Below, piece by piece: positions 9,047 through 19,134 of a DNA stretch of 30,986 nucleotides. Position 1 is the stretch's first letter, and every line of letters begins with the position of its first letter. The position numbers and the translations under genes are program-made. The stretch is taken from the IMG/VR virus record IMGVR_UViG_3300025084_000127, positions 1 through 30,986 of that record. One strand, given 5' to 3'. The stretch comes from a virus. Taxonomy: Duplodnaviria; Caudoviricetes. The notes under the pieces are model-generated. The model saw only the letters and a program-made list of their open reading frames with translations. It searched no databases and was not told where the DNA came from.

Positions 9047-9990
9047 TGAACAAGAAATTTTTATGGGTGGAAGAGTATCGTCCTCATACAATTGATGACT
9101 GTATTCTTCCTGCGAGCATTCTCAATGTGTTCAAAGGTTTTGTTGAACAGGGTGAACTCCCTAACCTGCTACTCCCTGGTAGTGCAGGTATTGGCAAGAC
9201 CACGGTTGCGAAAGCATTGTGTGAGGAGATTGGTGCCTCATATATCGTTATCAATGGTAGTGACGAGGGTCGCTTCCTAGACACCATCCGACAGAAGGTG
9301 CGTACATTTGCCAGCACTGTCTCTCTGTCCTCTAGCAGCGCCCACAAGGTCGTTATTATCGATGAGGCAGACAACACCACCAACGACGTTCAACTGTCGT
9401 TGAGGACCGCTATCGAAGAGTTCCATAGCAACTGTCGGTTCATCTTTACCTGTAACTTTCCTAATAAGATCATCGAACCACTGCATTCTCGATGCACTGT
9501 GGTTGATTTTAGGATCAAGAATGAGGACAAGCGAGAGATTCAGGGTAAGTTCTTCTTGCGTATGACAAAAATTCTTAAAGAGAATAATGTCACCTTCGAC
9601 AAAGATGTCATTGGTAAGTTAGTCATGCGTTACAGCCCTGACTGGCGTCGTTTGATCAATGAGTGTCAAAGACACGCAGCTGCTGGTGAGATCAATGTAG
9701 ATATCCTATGTGATATTGCAGATATCAAACTAGATGACCTTGTGAAAGCAATGAAGAACAAGGAGTTTACTACTATTAAAAGATGGGTAGTAGAAAATAC
9801 TGACAATGACCCAAACATTGTCATGCGTAAAATTTATGATATCCTTTATGCTAACCTTAAAGGATCATCTATACCTGAAGCAGTTCTGGTTCTAGCCAAG
9901 TACCAGTATCAAATTGCTTTTGTTGCCGATCAGGAGATCAACCTGTTGGCATGTTTAACAGAAATTATGCTAGGATGCGAATTTAAATGA
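9046..9990 (+). CDS. g44: Clamp loader large subunit gp44
   Basis: LWVEEYRP, GSAGIGKTT, IIDEAD, HSRC (RFC-like). Confidence 0.96.
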   Translation: MNKKFLWVEEYRPHTIDDCILPASILNVFKGFVEQGELPNLLLPGSAGIGKTTVAKALCEEIGASYIVINGSDEGRFLDTIRQKVRTFASTVSLSSSSAHKVVIIDEADNTTNDVQLSLRTAIEEFHSNCRFIFTCNFPNKIIEPLHSRCTVVDFRIKNEDKREIQGKFFLRMTKILKENNVTFDKDVIGKLVMRYSPDWRRLINECQRHAAAGEINVDILCDIADIKLDDLVKAMKNKEFTTIKRWVVENTDNDPNIVMRKIYDILYANLKGSSIPEAVLVLAKYQYQIAFVADQEINLLACLTEIMLGCEFK

Positions 9991-10268
9991 CTGTACTACT
10001 GCGACTATACTCTGGCGAAGATGTTATCTGCCAGATCAAAGAAGAGAATGATGACCGCTATCTCGTAGAGAATGCTGTTGTTGCTGTGCCTATGGAACGT
10101 GGACAACTGTCCTTTGCTCCCTGGTCTCCTCTCGCCAAAGAAGGAATTCCTTTGACTATCACCAAAAATTATGTGGTGTATCAAACAGAATTGAATGAAG
10201 ATTTAACTCAATCATACGAAGGATTGTTTTCTAAAGTAATTACACCACAGAAGAAAATTATTCTCTGA
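9987..10268 (+). CDS. Hypothetical protein, Sm-like fold
   Basis: LLRLYSGEDVIC...FAPW...VVY pattern. Overlaps g44 stop. Confidence 0.75.
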   Translation: MTVLLRLYSGEDVICQIKEENDDRYLVENAVVAVPMERGQLSFAPWSPLAKEGIPLTITKNYVVYQTELNEDLTQSYEGLFSKVITPQKKIIL

Positions 10269-10465
10269 TGAAAGTACCTACACAGGAAGAACTGATACAT
10301 CTAAAAATTCAAGCCGCGATGCGTGAACACGCATGGATTGATGAGGAACTAAAGTATCTTGGTGAACGTGCAGGACATCACTGGTATCTTATTGCGGGTG
10401 AGCATGAAGTATCCGCAAATCAAATTGAGGATTTTGAAAATGTCAATGAAGAAGACGACACCTGA
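10268..10465 (+). CDS. Small hypothetical protein
   Basis: 65-aa ORF whose ATG overlaps the previous stop (TGATG). Confidence 0.7.
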   Translation: MKVPTQEELIHLKIQAAMREHAWIDEELKYLGERAGHHWYLIAGEHEVSANQIEDFENVNEEDDT

Positions 10466-10706
10466 AAATGTTCAGGAAGCAAATGAAGCACTGTTTCATG
10501 CTACAATGAATCTACCTCATGCTGCAGCTCATTGTGGTATGACAGAACGTGAAATGAAAATGATCTTTCGTGAGTACCTTAAATATCATGCCCCAGACAT
10601 TGAAGTCGCTAAAAACTCCGTTGAGGTATCCAGGGGGAAAGAGCAGAGCGGTAAGCAAACTGTTCCAGTACCTCCCAGACCTTTCCCAGGCAAGAGAGTA
10701 TCGTGA
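10446..10706 (+). CDS. Small hypothetical protein (HTH-like), 3' end overlaps dam
   Basis: MKKTTPENVQEANEALF...LPHAAAHCGMTEREMK fills the gap before dam. Start position uncertain. Confidence 0.6.
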   Translation: MKKTTPENVQEANEALFHATMNLPHAAAHCGMTEREMKMIFREYLKYHAPDIEVAKNSVEVSRGKEQSGKQTVPVPPRPFPGKRVS

Positions 10707-11427
10707 ACCATTTCTTGGTGGCGGCTCTGTTGCCATCGAGATTGGTAAACGTTATCCAAAACTAGACATCTGGGTCAATGATCTGTATGAACCACTGTAT
10801 AACTTCTGGAGAGAACTCCAGGAGAATGGTACAGAGATTCGTGATCAGTTGATGCAGTTGAAAGAAGTTTATTGTGAACCAGTATCAGCTAAAGTATTAT
10901 TTCAACAAGCTAAAGGAAAGGTAAACGATGATCAGACATCCGACATATCTCGTGCTGTTGCTTTTTACGTTGTTAACAAGTGCTCTTTTTCTGGTCTCAC
11001 TGAATCCAGTTCCTTCTCAAAGCAGGCTTCAGAAAGTAATTTCTCAATGCGAGGCATTGATAAACTCCCAGACTATTCGTTGATGATCAAAGAATGGAAA
11101 ATTACTAATCTATCTTATGAACAGCTCTTCACCGATGATCGAGATACCTTCATCTATCTCGACCCCCCATATGATATTAGAGATAACCTCTATGGAAGGA
11201 GCGGGTCTATGCACAAGTCCTTCTGTCATGATACCTTTGCTAATGATTGCGATCGGTTCATCTGTCCTCAACTTGTATCTTACAATTCGTCTCAACTGGT
11301 CAAAGATCGGTTCCAAGGGTGGACAGTAGGAGAATTTGCACACACTTACACCATGAGGAGCGTGGGGAGTTATAATACAGATCAAGCAGCTCGCAAGGAA
11401 CTAGTCCTTACTAATTATGAAGTGTGA
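10588..11427 (+). CDS. dam: DNA adenine methyltransferase (Dam/D12 class)
   Basis: PLRYPGGKS, EPFLGGGSV, NDL and catalytic DPPY. Confidence 0.93.
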   Translation: MPQTLKSLKTPLRYPGGKSRAVSKLFQYLPDLSQAREYREPFLGGGSVAIEIGKRYPKLDIWVNDLYEPLYNFWRELQENGTEIRDQLMQLKEVYCEPVSAKVLFQQAKGKVNDDQTSDISRAVAFYVVNKCSFSGLTESSSFSKQASESNFSMRGIDKLPDYSLMIKEWKITNLSYEQLFTDDRDTFIYLDPPYDIRDNLYGRSGSMHKSFCHDTFANDCDRFICPQLVSYNSSQLVKDRFQGWTVGEFAHTYTMRSVGSYNTDQAARKELVLTNYEV

Positions 11428-11557
11428 AGTCACCCTATTCGTAGCAGGCACCGTCTTTAAAGAAGAGGTGATTGCACGTAACTACCAGGAAGCAAGAGAG
11501 GTTGCTCTTGCTCGTAATCCAAATGCAAAAGTGATGAGTGTTACTGCTAAATTATGA
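11417..11557 (+). CDS. 46-aa hypothetical protein (below ORF-track cutoff)
   Basis: MKCEVTLFVAGTVFKEEVIARNYQEAREVALARNPNAKVMSVTAKL*. Fills the dam-g62 gap and its stop overlaps the g62 ATG. Confidence 0.75.
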   Translation: MKCEVTLFVAGTVFKEEVIARNYQEAREVALARNPNAKVMSVTAKL

Positions 11558-11940
11558 GTTATAAACTTACTGATTATTTGTATTCAATTAATCAGTCGAA
11601 GAAAAATATACTGCATGGAGATAAGGAAGCTGTAAAAGGTTATCCTCCCTTCATTATTAATAAGTGCATGTCACATCATATTGATTCGATATTGTACGCC
11701 AATGAAATGAATATGCATCCTGAATTAGATAAGCAGATGCAATATGATTTTTTTATAAATAGTTTGAAACCTAGGAAGCGTTTCGCTCCTTGGGCGAAGA
11801 AGGAAACTCTTGAGCATCTTGACTTGGTGAAGCAATATTATGGATATAACCATAACAAAGCACTTGCCGCTTTAAGAATTCTCACGAATTCTGATCTTGA
11901 AACAATAGCAAAACTATTAGATACAGGCGGAACAAGATGA
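11554..11940 (+). CDS. g62: Clamp loader small subunit gp62
   Basis: YPPFIINK, ANEMN, QYDFFINSLKPRKRFAPW, VKQYYGY. Confidence 0.93.
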   Translation: MSYKLTDYLYSINQSKKNILHGDKEAVKGYPPFIINKCMSHHIDSILYANEMNMHPELDKQMQYDFFINSLKPRKRFAPWAKKETLEHLDLVKQYYGYNHNKALAALRILTNSDLETIAKLLDTGGTR

Positions 11941-12359
11941 GCACTGAAATTGAAGTACAATGGCAACCTTCTGATATGGTAGAAGTTAGTCTGTCTGAAC
12001 CAGACGATTTTCTGAAGGTTCGTGAGACACTAACCCGTATTGGTGTTGCTTCAAGAAAAGAACGTAAGCTATATCAATCATGTCATATTCTACACAAGCA
12101 GGGTAGATATTACATCGTTCATTTTAAAGAGTTGTTTGCTTTGGATGGCAAAAAAACAAACTTTACTCTTAATGATGTTCAACGAAGAAATCGTATCACT
12201 CAACTGTTATCAGACTGGGGTCTCGTATCTGTAGTTGAAGCAGAACGCATTGAAGATATTGCTCCTCTCAATCAAATTAAAGTGTTGTCTTTTAAGGATA
12301 AAGATGACTGGATCCTAGAGTCAAAATATAATATTGGTCGCAAGAAAACTGAAGTGTAA
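11937..12359 (+). CDS. regA: Translational repressor RegA
   Basis: PDDFLKVRETLTRIGVAS, LYQSCHILHKQGRYYIVHFKELF. Confidence 0.97.
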   Translation: MSTEIEVQWQPSDMVEVSLSEPDDFLKVRETLTRIGVASRKERKLYQSCHILHKQGRYYIVHFKELFALDGKKTNFTLNDVQRRNRITQLLSDWGLVSVVEAERIEDIAPLNQIKVLSFKDKDDWILESKYNIGRKKTEV

Positions 12360-12363
12360 ACCG

Positions 12364-12401
12364 AATAAAAAATAACGGGGTTCAACACCCCGTTTTTTAT
12401 T
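12364..12401. terminator. Probably bidirectional intrinsic terminator after regA
   Basis: A-tract, AACGGGG-ttcaaca-CCCCGTT, T-tract. Confidence 0.85.
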
Positions 12402-12423
12402 GCTAGTGTTAATATATACTTAT

Positions 12424-12473
12424 GGATGCCTTCGGGGTCCACACAAAAACACTCGCTAATACAGGAGTTACTC
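12424..12473 (+). promoter_or_regulatory. ROSE-like RNA thermometer in the hsp20 5' UTR
   Basis: cUUCGg hairpin (12424-12440), then ACUCGCU pairing with the SD AGGAGU with a bulged G. Confidence 0.65.
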
Positions 12474-12908
12474 ATGAACAAGTACGCTTGGGATGTCTAT
12501 TCCCCACACTTTGTCGGGCTCGATGATATCTTTCATCGCCTAGATAGTATGACTGCACACAATACTAACTACCCCCCGTACAATTTAATCAAGCATGACA
12601 CTAGTAATTACGAAATCGAAATTGCTCTTGCAGGTTTTAAAAAAGAAGAGATTGAGGTATCTACAGAATCTAACATTCTCAAAGTTGCCAGCATCAATAA
12701 GAAAAGAGATACTGAACCAGAATACTTACACAAAGGATTGTCTAAAAGATCCTTTACCAATACCTGGCAACTAGGTGATGATGTTAGAGTTGTAGATGTA
12801 GTTTTTGAAGATGGTTTGCTTTCTGTTTCGCTAGAAAAAATTCTACCCGAACATCAAAGAAGAACTGTCTATAATATTGGTGGTGATAAAGAGTTATTGT
12901 TAGAATGA
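12474..12908 (+). CDS. hsp20: Small heat shock protein (Hsp20/IbpA-like)
   Basis: NYPPYNL, EIALAGF, YLHKGLSKRSF, FEDGLL. SD AGGAG at 12463-12467. Confidence 0.95.
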   Translation: MNKYAWDVYSPHFVGLDDIFHRLDSMTAHNTNYPPYNLIKHDTSNYEIEIALAGFKKEEIEVSTESNILKVASINKKRDTEPEYLHKGLSKRSFTNTWQLGDDVRVVDVVFEDGLLSVSLEKILPEHQRRTVYNIGGDKELLLE

Positions 12909-13096
12909 AATCATTAATTATTCACTTGGTAGCCTTCTGGAATGTTGCGGTAGTAAATTGCGTCCAACCAGTCAACTGGCAGTATTGTTATCGAGTGGAT
13001 CAGTGGTTGATACCTGAAATGATACAAGGATATAAGCTTTGGTCTGGACAAACTCATCCATACCAAAATGAAAAGGAATATCTTATTACTAAATAA
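12905..13096 (+). CDS. Small hypothetical protein with hydrophobic N-terminus
   Basis: 63-aa ORF, ATGA overlap with hsp20. Confidence 0.65.
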   Translation: MKSLIIHLVAFWNVAVVNCVQPVNWQYCYRVDQWLIPEMIQGYKLWSGQTHPYQNEKEYLITK

Positions 13097-13156
13097 AGAC
13101 ATATCGTCGCCGCAGAGGGGCAACTGGCACAATCCAGTTGACGCCCCTCTTTTTTT
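13090..13156 (+). ncRNA. Candidate late small RNA / terminator element
   Basis: TAAATA (13090-13095), then ATCGTCGCCGCA and the hairpin GAGGGGCAACTGG-cacaat-CCAGTTgacGCCCCTC with a T-tract. Confidence 0.4.
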
Positions 13157-13166
13157 GTGTTAAAAT
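13138..13166 (+). promoter_or_regulatory. Sigma70-type promoter for the g43 operon, embedded in the hairpin
   Basis: TTGACG (13138-13143), 17 nt, TAAAAT (13161-13166). Confidence 0.7.
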
Positions 13167-13190
13167 AAAACAGTTCAACACTTTTCTATT

Positions 13191-13589
13191 ATGGCAAACG
13201 CAATCGTAGTCCTGTCTGGTACACACGAACGTATTATTTGTGACCTGCAGGAAGTACGTGAAGGAGACGAGCAAGATGGCAAGCCCATTTGTCTCATCAT
13301 GATTCGACCCTACACTTTGAACCTAGAACAGGGTCCTGAAACGGGGCGTCAGGAAGTGCAAGTCCGATTCAATAAGTGGCTTCCATTCTCTATTGATACA
13401 CAATTTAAAATTCCATTCTCTTCCGTAACATGTGTTGGTGCAGTGGATCCTGGTTTGGAAGAAGCTTATACAAGAACTGTAGCACAAGCAGTAGAACAAG
13501 AGCAAGCACAAGTGGAAGCAGCAGCTGCTGAAACTGGATTTGTTCCAGTAGTTGAGGAGGTAACTGATGCTGAAGCTCCTGCGGTTTGA
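13191..13589 (+). CDS. Conserved hypothetical protein, Sm-like fold
   Basis: IVVLSGTHERIICDL...RPYTL...KWLPFS...VTCV pattern. Usual position upstream of g43. Confidence 0.75.
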   Translation: MANAIVVLSGTHERIICDLQEVREGDEQDGKPICLIMIRPYTLNLEQGPETGRQEVQVRFNKWLPFSIDTQFKIPFSSVTCVGAVDPGLEEAYTRTVAQAVEQEQAQVEAAAAETGFVPVVEEVTDAEAPAV

Positions 13590-13812
13590 GAGTCGCTGGA
13601 TAGTCAGCGAAGTTGAAGAGATTCCTGGTGTTGAGTTCGGGGATCCCGATTGTGTGCTAAAATACCCCTGTGAGGTAACGGAAGATGGTCTCACCACCTT
13701 CCCACCTTTTTCCGATGACCGTGAGTTGGCGGTCAGGTCTTCAGACATCACTTTGATTGCTGAACCTGATAGCAAAACCGCATCGCTTTTTTACGAAATC
13801 AAATCTGAATGA
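13567..13812 (+). CDS. Conserved hypothetical protein, Sm-like fold
   Basis: IVSEVEE...GDPDCVLKYP...SSDITLIAEP. SD GAGGAGG upstream; stop overlaps the g43 start. Confidence 0.8.
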   Translation: MLKLLRFESRWIVSEVEEIPGVEFGDPDCVLKYPCEVTEDGLTTFPPFSDDRELAVRSSDITLIAEPDSKTASLFYEIKSE

Positions 13813-16301
13813 AGTTTTACACCAGTGTTGAGCAAACAGGCAATACGATCCTAGTCCGTGGGTACGACCACGGTCTGCCTTTTGAAGATCGTGTCAAGTT
13901 TAATCCTACACTGTTTCTTCCTTCTAGAGTTAAGGAAGAATGGAAAACACTTGATGGTCGAAGTGTGCGCCCTGTCCAACAGGGTTCTATCGGGGATGCA
14001 AAATCCTTTATGGAAGCACACCGAGACCTAGAAGACTATGAAATCTGTGGTCAGACTCGTTTTCTTAATCAGTACATCTTTGAGACGTACCCTGATGAGG
14101 ACATGAAGTTTGATATGAATCAGATTCGTATCTTCACTCTTGATATTGAGACGGGTGCCGAGAATGGTTTCCCTGACATCGAGTCGGCTGACCAGGAGAT
14201 CCTTCTGATCAGCATTAAAGACTCTACAACGGGCAAGATCACAGTGTATGGTTCACGTCCCTTCATGAATACAGAGAAGGACGTGCAATACCTACAGTTC
14301 CAGACCGAGGAAGGTTTGTTGAAAGGATTCCTCCACGATTGGCAGGCAAACTGCCCTGACGTGATCACTGGATGGAACGTACAACTGTTCGATATGCCGT
14401 ATATCATCCGCCGCATAGAGCGTATCCTTGGTGAGAAAGAAGCAAAGCTTCTCTCGCCTTGGAAGAACATCTATCCACGTAGGATCTTTATCAAGGGTAG
14501 AGAACAACTTGCTTATGACATCACTGGTGTAGCAACACTAGACTATCTTGAGTTGTATCGTAAGTTTACTTACACCAACCAAGAATCTTATCGTCTAGAT
14601 CATATTGCATTCGTAGAACTAGGTCAGAAGAAACTTGACCACAGTGAGTATGATACTTTTAAAGAGTTCTATACTAAAGACTGGCAGAAGTTTGTAGAAT
14701 ATAACATCATTGACGTTCGCCTGGTTGACAGGTTGGATGACAAGATGAAACTGCTAGAACTAGCTGTCACCATGGCGTATGATGCCAAGGTAAATTTTGA
14801 GGATGTGTATTCACAGGTCCGTATGTGGGATAACATCATCTATGTGTATCTTGCACGTCAGAAGATTGCTATCCCACCTAAACGTAAATCACAAAAAGAT
14901 GCGAAGTATGCTGGAGCGTATGTTAAAGAACCTATTCCAGGGATCTATGACTGGGTTGTCTCTTTTGACCTCAACTCCCTATACCCTCACCTCATTATGC
15001 AGTACAATCTCTCGCCAGAGACGCTGCTACCCACCCGTCACCCCAGTGCAAACGTCGAGAGACTACTTGCTAAAGAAATAGACACAAGCTCCTTGGAGGG
15101 GGTCACAGTGTGTCCTAACGGCACCTATTACGACACGACAAACCAGGGTTTCTTGCCCAAGCTGATGGAGAAGATCTATCAGGAACGAACCATCTACAAG
15201 AAAAAGATGCTCGCTGCCAAGCAGCAGTATGAGAAGACACCTACTGTCGCATTACAGAAAGAAATCTCTCGCTGTAACAACATTCAGATGGCAAGGAAGA
15301 TCCAACTCAACTCTGCTTATGGTGCCATTGGTAACGAACACTTTCGATACTTTCGATTGGAGATTGCTGAAGCAATCACACTATCAGGTCAGTTGTCTAT
15401 CCGATGGATTAGTGACAAGACCAATGCATACTTGAACAATATTCTGAAGACAAATGACATTGATTACGTTATTGCTTGCGACACCGATTCTATGTATCTT
15501 AACCTCGGTCCTTTGGTGCAGGAGGTATTCAAGGGACGAGAGGCAAATGATGAAGTCATTGTTGGGTTCCTTAACAAGGTGTGTGAGGTGGAATTTGAGA
15601 AGTTTATTGAAAGTTCTTACCAAGAACTCTCCACTTATGTTCGGGCATACGCGCAGAAGATGAAGATGAAGCGGGAGAACATCGCTTCCAAGGGCATCTG
15701 GACCGCCAAGAAACGATATATCCTCAACGTCTGGGACAGTGAGGGTGTTCGTTACAATGAACCAAAGATGAAGATCTGTGGTATGGAAACGGCACGTTCA
15801 TCTACCCCTGCGTTCTTCCGAGACAAACTCAAGAAAGCTTACACCATCATTATTAATGGTGACAATGATGATGTGATTAAATTCATTGATGAAGTAAGAG
15901 AAGAGACAAAAAACCAAGAGTATCAGGACATTGCGTTCCCTCGTGGTTGTAATAATCTCTCCAAGTATCAGTCAAGAACTGATATCTATTCTAAAGGTAC
16001 ACCTATTCACGTTAGGGGTGCTCTGTTGTACAATTTTTACGTGAGAAAGTACAAGATTCAAAACAAACATGCGTTGATACAAGAGGGCGAGAAGATTAAG
16101 TTCTTATATTTGAGAACTCCCAATCCAATCATGGAGAATACTATCTCCTTTATGGGTAGAATACCCACAGAGTTCAATATCGAAAGATATATCGATCACA
16201 AGATGCAGTTTGAGAAATCATTCTATGAACCTCTCAAGAATGTGCTAAACTGTATTGGCTGGGACTCCGAGAAAACTATTTCACTACTATCATTTTTATA
16301 A
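13809..16301 (+). CDS. g43: Family B DNA polymerase gp43
   Basis: Exonuclease DIET, polymerase motifs [28 protein letters not shown]. Uninterrupted. Confidence 0.98.
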   Translation: MKFYTSVEQTGNTILVRGYDHGLPFEDRVKFNPTLFLPSRVKEEWKTLDGRSVRPVQQGSIGDAKSFMEAHRDLEDYEICGQTRFLNQYIFETYPDEDMKFDMNQIRIFTLDIETGAENGFPDIESADQEILLISIKDSTTGKITVYGSRPFMNTEKDVQYLQFQTEEGLLKGFLHDWQANCPDVITGWNVQLFDMPYIIRRIERILGEKEAKLLSPWKNIYPRRIFIKGREQLAYDITGVATLDYLELYRKFTYTNQESYRLDHIAFVELGQKKLDHSEYDTFKEFYTKDWQKFVEYNIIDVRLVDRLDDKMKLLELAVTMAYDAKVNFEDVYSQVRMWDNIIYVYLARQKIAIPPKRKSQKDAKYAGAYVKEPIPGIYDWVVSFDLNSLYPHLIMQYNLSPETLLPTRHPSANVERLLAKEIDTSSLEGVTVCPNGTYYDTTNQGFLPKLMEKIYQERTIYKKKMLAAKQQYEKTPTVALQKEISRCNNIQMARKIQLNSAYGAIGNEHFRYFRLEIAEAITLSGQLSIRWISDKTNAYLNNILKTNDIDYVIACDTDSMYLNLGPLVQEVFKGREANDEVIVGFLNKVCEVEFEKFIESSYQELSTYVRAYAQKMKMKRENIASKGIWTAKKRYILNVWDSEGVRYNEPKMKICGMETARSSTPAFFRDKLKKAYTIIINGDNDDVIKFIDEVREETKNQEYQDIAFPRGCNNLSKYQSRTDIYSKGTPIHVRGALLYNFYVRKYKIQNKHALIQEGEKIKFLYLRTPNPIMENTISFMGRIPTEFNIERYIDHKMQFEKSFYEPLKNVLNCIGWDSEKTISLLSFL

Positions 16302-16303
16302 TT

Positions 16304-17335
16304 ATGGACTTCTTATCTTCTATCCTCAAGGACACCAAGAATGAGTTTGCTTCTCGTGCATCTGATGGCATTGCTGCTGGTGACGTTGAAACTTTTGTTG
16401 ATACTGGAAGTTATATCTTTAATGCCCTGGTTAGTGGCAGCATTTTTGGAGGTATTCCCTCCAATAAGATCACTGCTCTTGCAGGAGAATCGGGGACTGG
16501 AAAGACTTTCTTTTGCCTTTCTGTCGTTCGTAATTTCCTTGATCTTGATCCTGATGCTGGCGTCCTTTATTTTGAAACCGAGTCTGCCATTAGTAAGCAG
16601 ATGATTGAGAGTCGTGGTATTGACTCCAAGCGTATGGTAATTTTCCCTGTCAATACAGTGGAGGAGTTCAGGACCCAGGCAGTCAGGATCATCGACAAAT
16701 ATATGGAAACTCCTAAAGAGGAACGCAAACCTCTCATGTTTGTGCTAGACTCTCTTGGTATGCTAGCCACCAACAAAGAAGTGCAAGACGCCACGGACGA
16801 CAAGCAAGTTCGTGACATGACAAAATCACAATTGATTAAGTCTTGTTTCAGGATTCTTACATTGAAACTTGGCAAGGCTAACATACCTATGCTAGTTACT
16901 AATCACACCTATGATGTCATCGGTTCTTACGTCCCTACAAAAGAAATGGGAGGAGGTAGTGGTCTCAAATATTCCGCCTCTACAATCGTTTATCTCGGAA
17001 AGAAAAAGGAGAAAGATGGAACGACTCTCGTCGGAAACATTATCAAATGCGAGGCTAAAAAGTCTCGTCTGACAAGAGAAGGTTCCAAGATTGAAACAAG
17101 ACTGTTCTTTGACGAGCGTGGACTTGAGAAATATTATGGGTTGCTTGAGCTTGGTGAGGCAGGAGGTTTGTGGAAGAATGTTGCTGGTCGATACGAAATG
17201 GATGGCAAGAAAGTCTATGCCAAACAGATTTTGAAAGACCCTGATCAGTATTTCACACCCGAAGTTCTTGCCAAACTAGATAAACAGGCGCAGAAGACAT
17301 TCTTGTATGGAGCAGACGATGACGGAGAAGCTTGA
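16304..17335 (+). CDS. uvsX: RecA-like recombinase UvsX
   Basis: [29 protein letters not shown]. Confidence 0.96.
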   Translation: MDFLSSILKDTKNEFASRASDGIAAGDVETFVDTGSYIFNALVSGSIFGGIPSNKITALAGESGTGKTFFCLSVVRNFLDLDPDAGVLYFETESAISKQMIESRGIDSKRMVIFPVNTVEEFRTQAVRIIDKYMETPKEERKPLMFVLDSLGMLATNKEVQDATDDKQVRDMTKSQLIKSCFRILTLKLGKANIPMLVTNHTYDVIGSYVPTKEMGGGSGLKYSASTIVYLGKKKEKDGTTLVGNIIKCEAKKSRLTREGSKIETRLFFDERGLEKYYGLLELGEAGGLWKNVAGRYEMDGKKVYAKQILKDPDQYFTPEVLAKLDKQAQKTFLYGADDDGEA

Positions 17336-18716
17336 ACACTCTATATTAAGAAACCTGCTTTGTAATGAAGAATACTTTCGGAAGGTAGTCCCTTTTGTCA
17401 AAGGAGACTACTTTCAGGATCAAACGGAGCGAGTTTTATTTGAAGAGATTCAAGATTTTTCTAATAAGTATGACAAGTATCCGACCAAAGAAATCTTAAT
17501 CATTAATCTAACTCAACGTAATGATCTTACTGAAGAAATTTACACGCAAACTGTATCGTATGTTAACTCGCTTGGTACAGAGTTTATTGAGACGAAGTGG
17601 TTGGTCGATGCGACGGAGAAATGGTGTCAGGAGAGGGCAGTATACAATGCCCTCCTCGAATCTATCAAAATCGCAGAGGGATCGGGTGAACAGGAAGTAT
17701 CAAAGGATGCGATCCCAAGTATCCTACAACAGGCTCTCGCAGTATCGTTTGATGAACACATCGGACACGACTACGTTCAGAATGTAGACGAAAGATACGA
17801 CTATTATCACCTTGAAGAGCACAAGATTCCCTTTGACATTGATAAGCTGAATCTAATCACCAAGGGTGGTATTCCTAACAAGACACTCAACGTTGCTCTT
17901 GCTGGAACTGGTGTTGGTAAGTCACTATTCATGTGTCATATGGCAGCAGCATGTCTTTCTATTGGATATAATGTCCTCTACATCACACTGGAGATGGCAG
18001 AAGAAAAGATTGCTGAACGTATTGATGCTAACCTCTTGAATGTTAACATCCAAGAGATTGGTGAGATGCCTGAAGCTATATTCAAAAGTAGAGTCAATGA
18101 AATTGGTAGGAAATCTCAAGGTAAATTGATTATCAAAGAGTATCCTACTGCTGCAGCACACTCTGGTCACTTTAAGTCATTGTTGAGTGATCTCTCACTT
18201 AAGAAAGACTTCAGACCTAACATAATCTTTGTTGATTATCTAAACATCTGTGCTTCATCACGATACAAAGGACACATTGTTAACTCTTATACCTATGTCA
18301 AAGCGATTGCGGAAGAGTTACGAGGTCTGGCGGTCGAACATGACCTACCTGTTGTCACTGCTACTCAAACTACTCGCAGTGGTTTTGGTAATAGTGATGT
18401 TGATCTTACAGATACTTCTGAATCTTTTGGTCTTCCCGCTACTGCCGATCTTATGCTTGCTCTCATATCTACTGAAGAGTTAGAGCAGTCGGGTCGTATC
18501 ATGGTCAAGCAACTCAAGAACAGATACAACGATGCTGCTTATTACAGACGCTTCACTGTAGGCATTGACAGATCAAAAATGAAGCTGTATAATGTCGATG
18601 ATTCTGAAGGTGATATCCTATCTTCTGATTCTCCTGAAGAGGAGACCATTGACCGCCTAGACGACATCTCTGACAGGCAATCTAGACTAGACAAATTTTC
18701 CCAATTCGTAATCTAA
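17319..18716 (+). CDS. g41: Replicative helicase gp41 (DnaB-like)
   Basis: [53 protein letters not shown]. Confidence 0.97.
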   Translation: MTEKLEHSILRNLLCNEEYFRKVVPFVKGDYFQDQTERVLFEEIQDFSNKYDKYPTKEILIINLTQRNDLTEEIYTQTVSYVNSLGTEFIETKWLVDATEKWCQERAVYNALLESIKIAEGSGEQEVSKDAIPSILQQALAVSFDEHIGHDYVQNVDERYDYYHLEEHKIPFDIDKLNLITKGGIPNKTLNVALAGTGVGKSLFMCHMAAACLSIGYNVLYITLEMAEEKIAERIDANLLNVNIQEIGEMPEAIFKSRVNEIGRKSQGKLIIKEYPTAAAHSGHFKSLLSDLSLKKDFRPNIIFVDYLNICASSRYKGHIVNSYTYVKAIAEELRGLAVEHDLPVVTATQTTRSGFGNSDVDLTDTSESFGLPATADLMLALISTEELEQSGRIMVKQLKNRYNDAAYYRRFTVGIDRSKMKLYNVDDSEGDILSSDSPEEETIDRLDDISDRQSRLDKFSQFVI

Positions 18717-18718
18717 AC

Positions 18719-19123
18719 ATGACCATTCAATTTGAACGCTATGAAGAATTTGTGGCAGCAGTTACTTCAGAGTGCTCTACAAATTTTGTTGACTTTGCTG
18801 ATCGTATTGGTGATCTGGATCGACAAGGTGCCAATATTGAGAGACTTCTTACTGCTGGGGTTGGAATTAATGCTGAAGGTGGTGAGTTCCTTGAGATCAT
18901 TAAAAAAATGGTCTTCCAAGGAAAACCGTGGAACGAAGATAATCGTGAGCATCTTATCATTGAGTTGGGTGATATTATGTGGTACGTTGCTCAAGCTACA
19001 ATGGCACTTGATATATCCTTCGATGAGGTAATTGATACTAATATCAATAAACTGAAGAAACGTTACCCTGGTGGTGAGTTTAGTGCTCATAGGTCAGAGG
19101 TTCGTGCAGCAGGCGATCGTTAA
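18719..19123 (+). CDS. mazG: MazG-like nucleotide pyrophosphohydrolase
   Basis: GINAEGGEFLEIIKK, ELGDIMWY, NINKLKKRYP. Confidence 0.93.
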   Translation: MTIQFERYEEFVAAVTSECSTNFVDFADRIGDLDRQGANIERLLTAGVGINAEGGEFLEIIKKMVFQGKPWNEDNREHLIIELGDIMWYVAQATMALDISFDEVIDTNINKLKKRYPGGEFSAHRSEVRAAGDR

Positions 19124-19134
19124 AATATTATAAA

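Noticed and set aside
12426-12473. Longer hsp20 start at 12426
   Set aside because: No SD there, whereas ATG 12474 has AGGAG at proper spacing. The region is better explained as a structured UTR.
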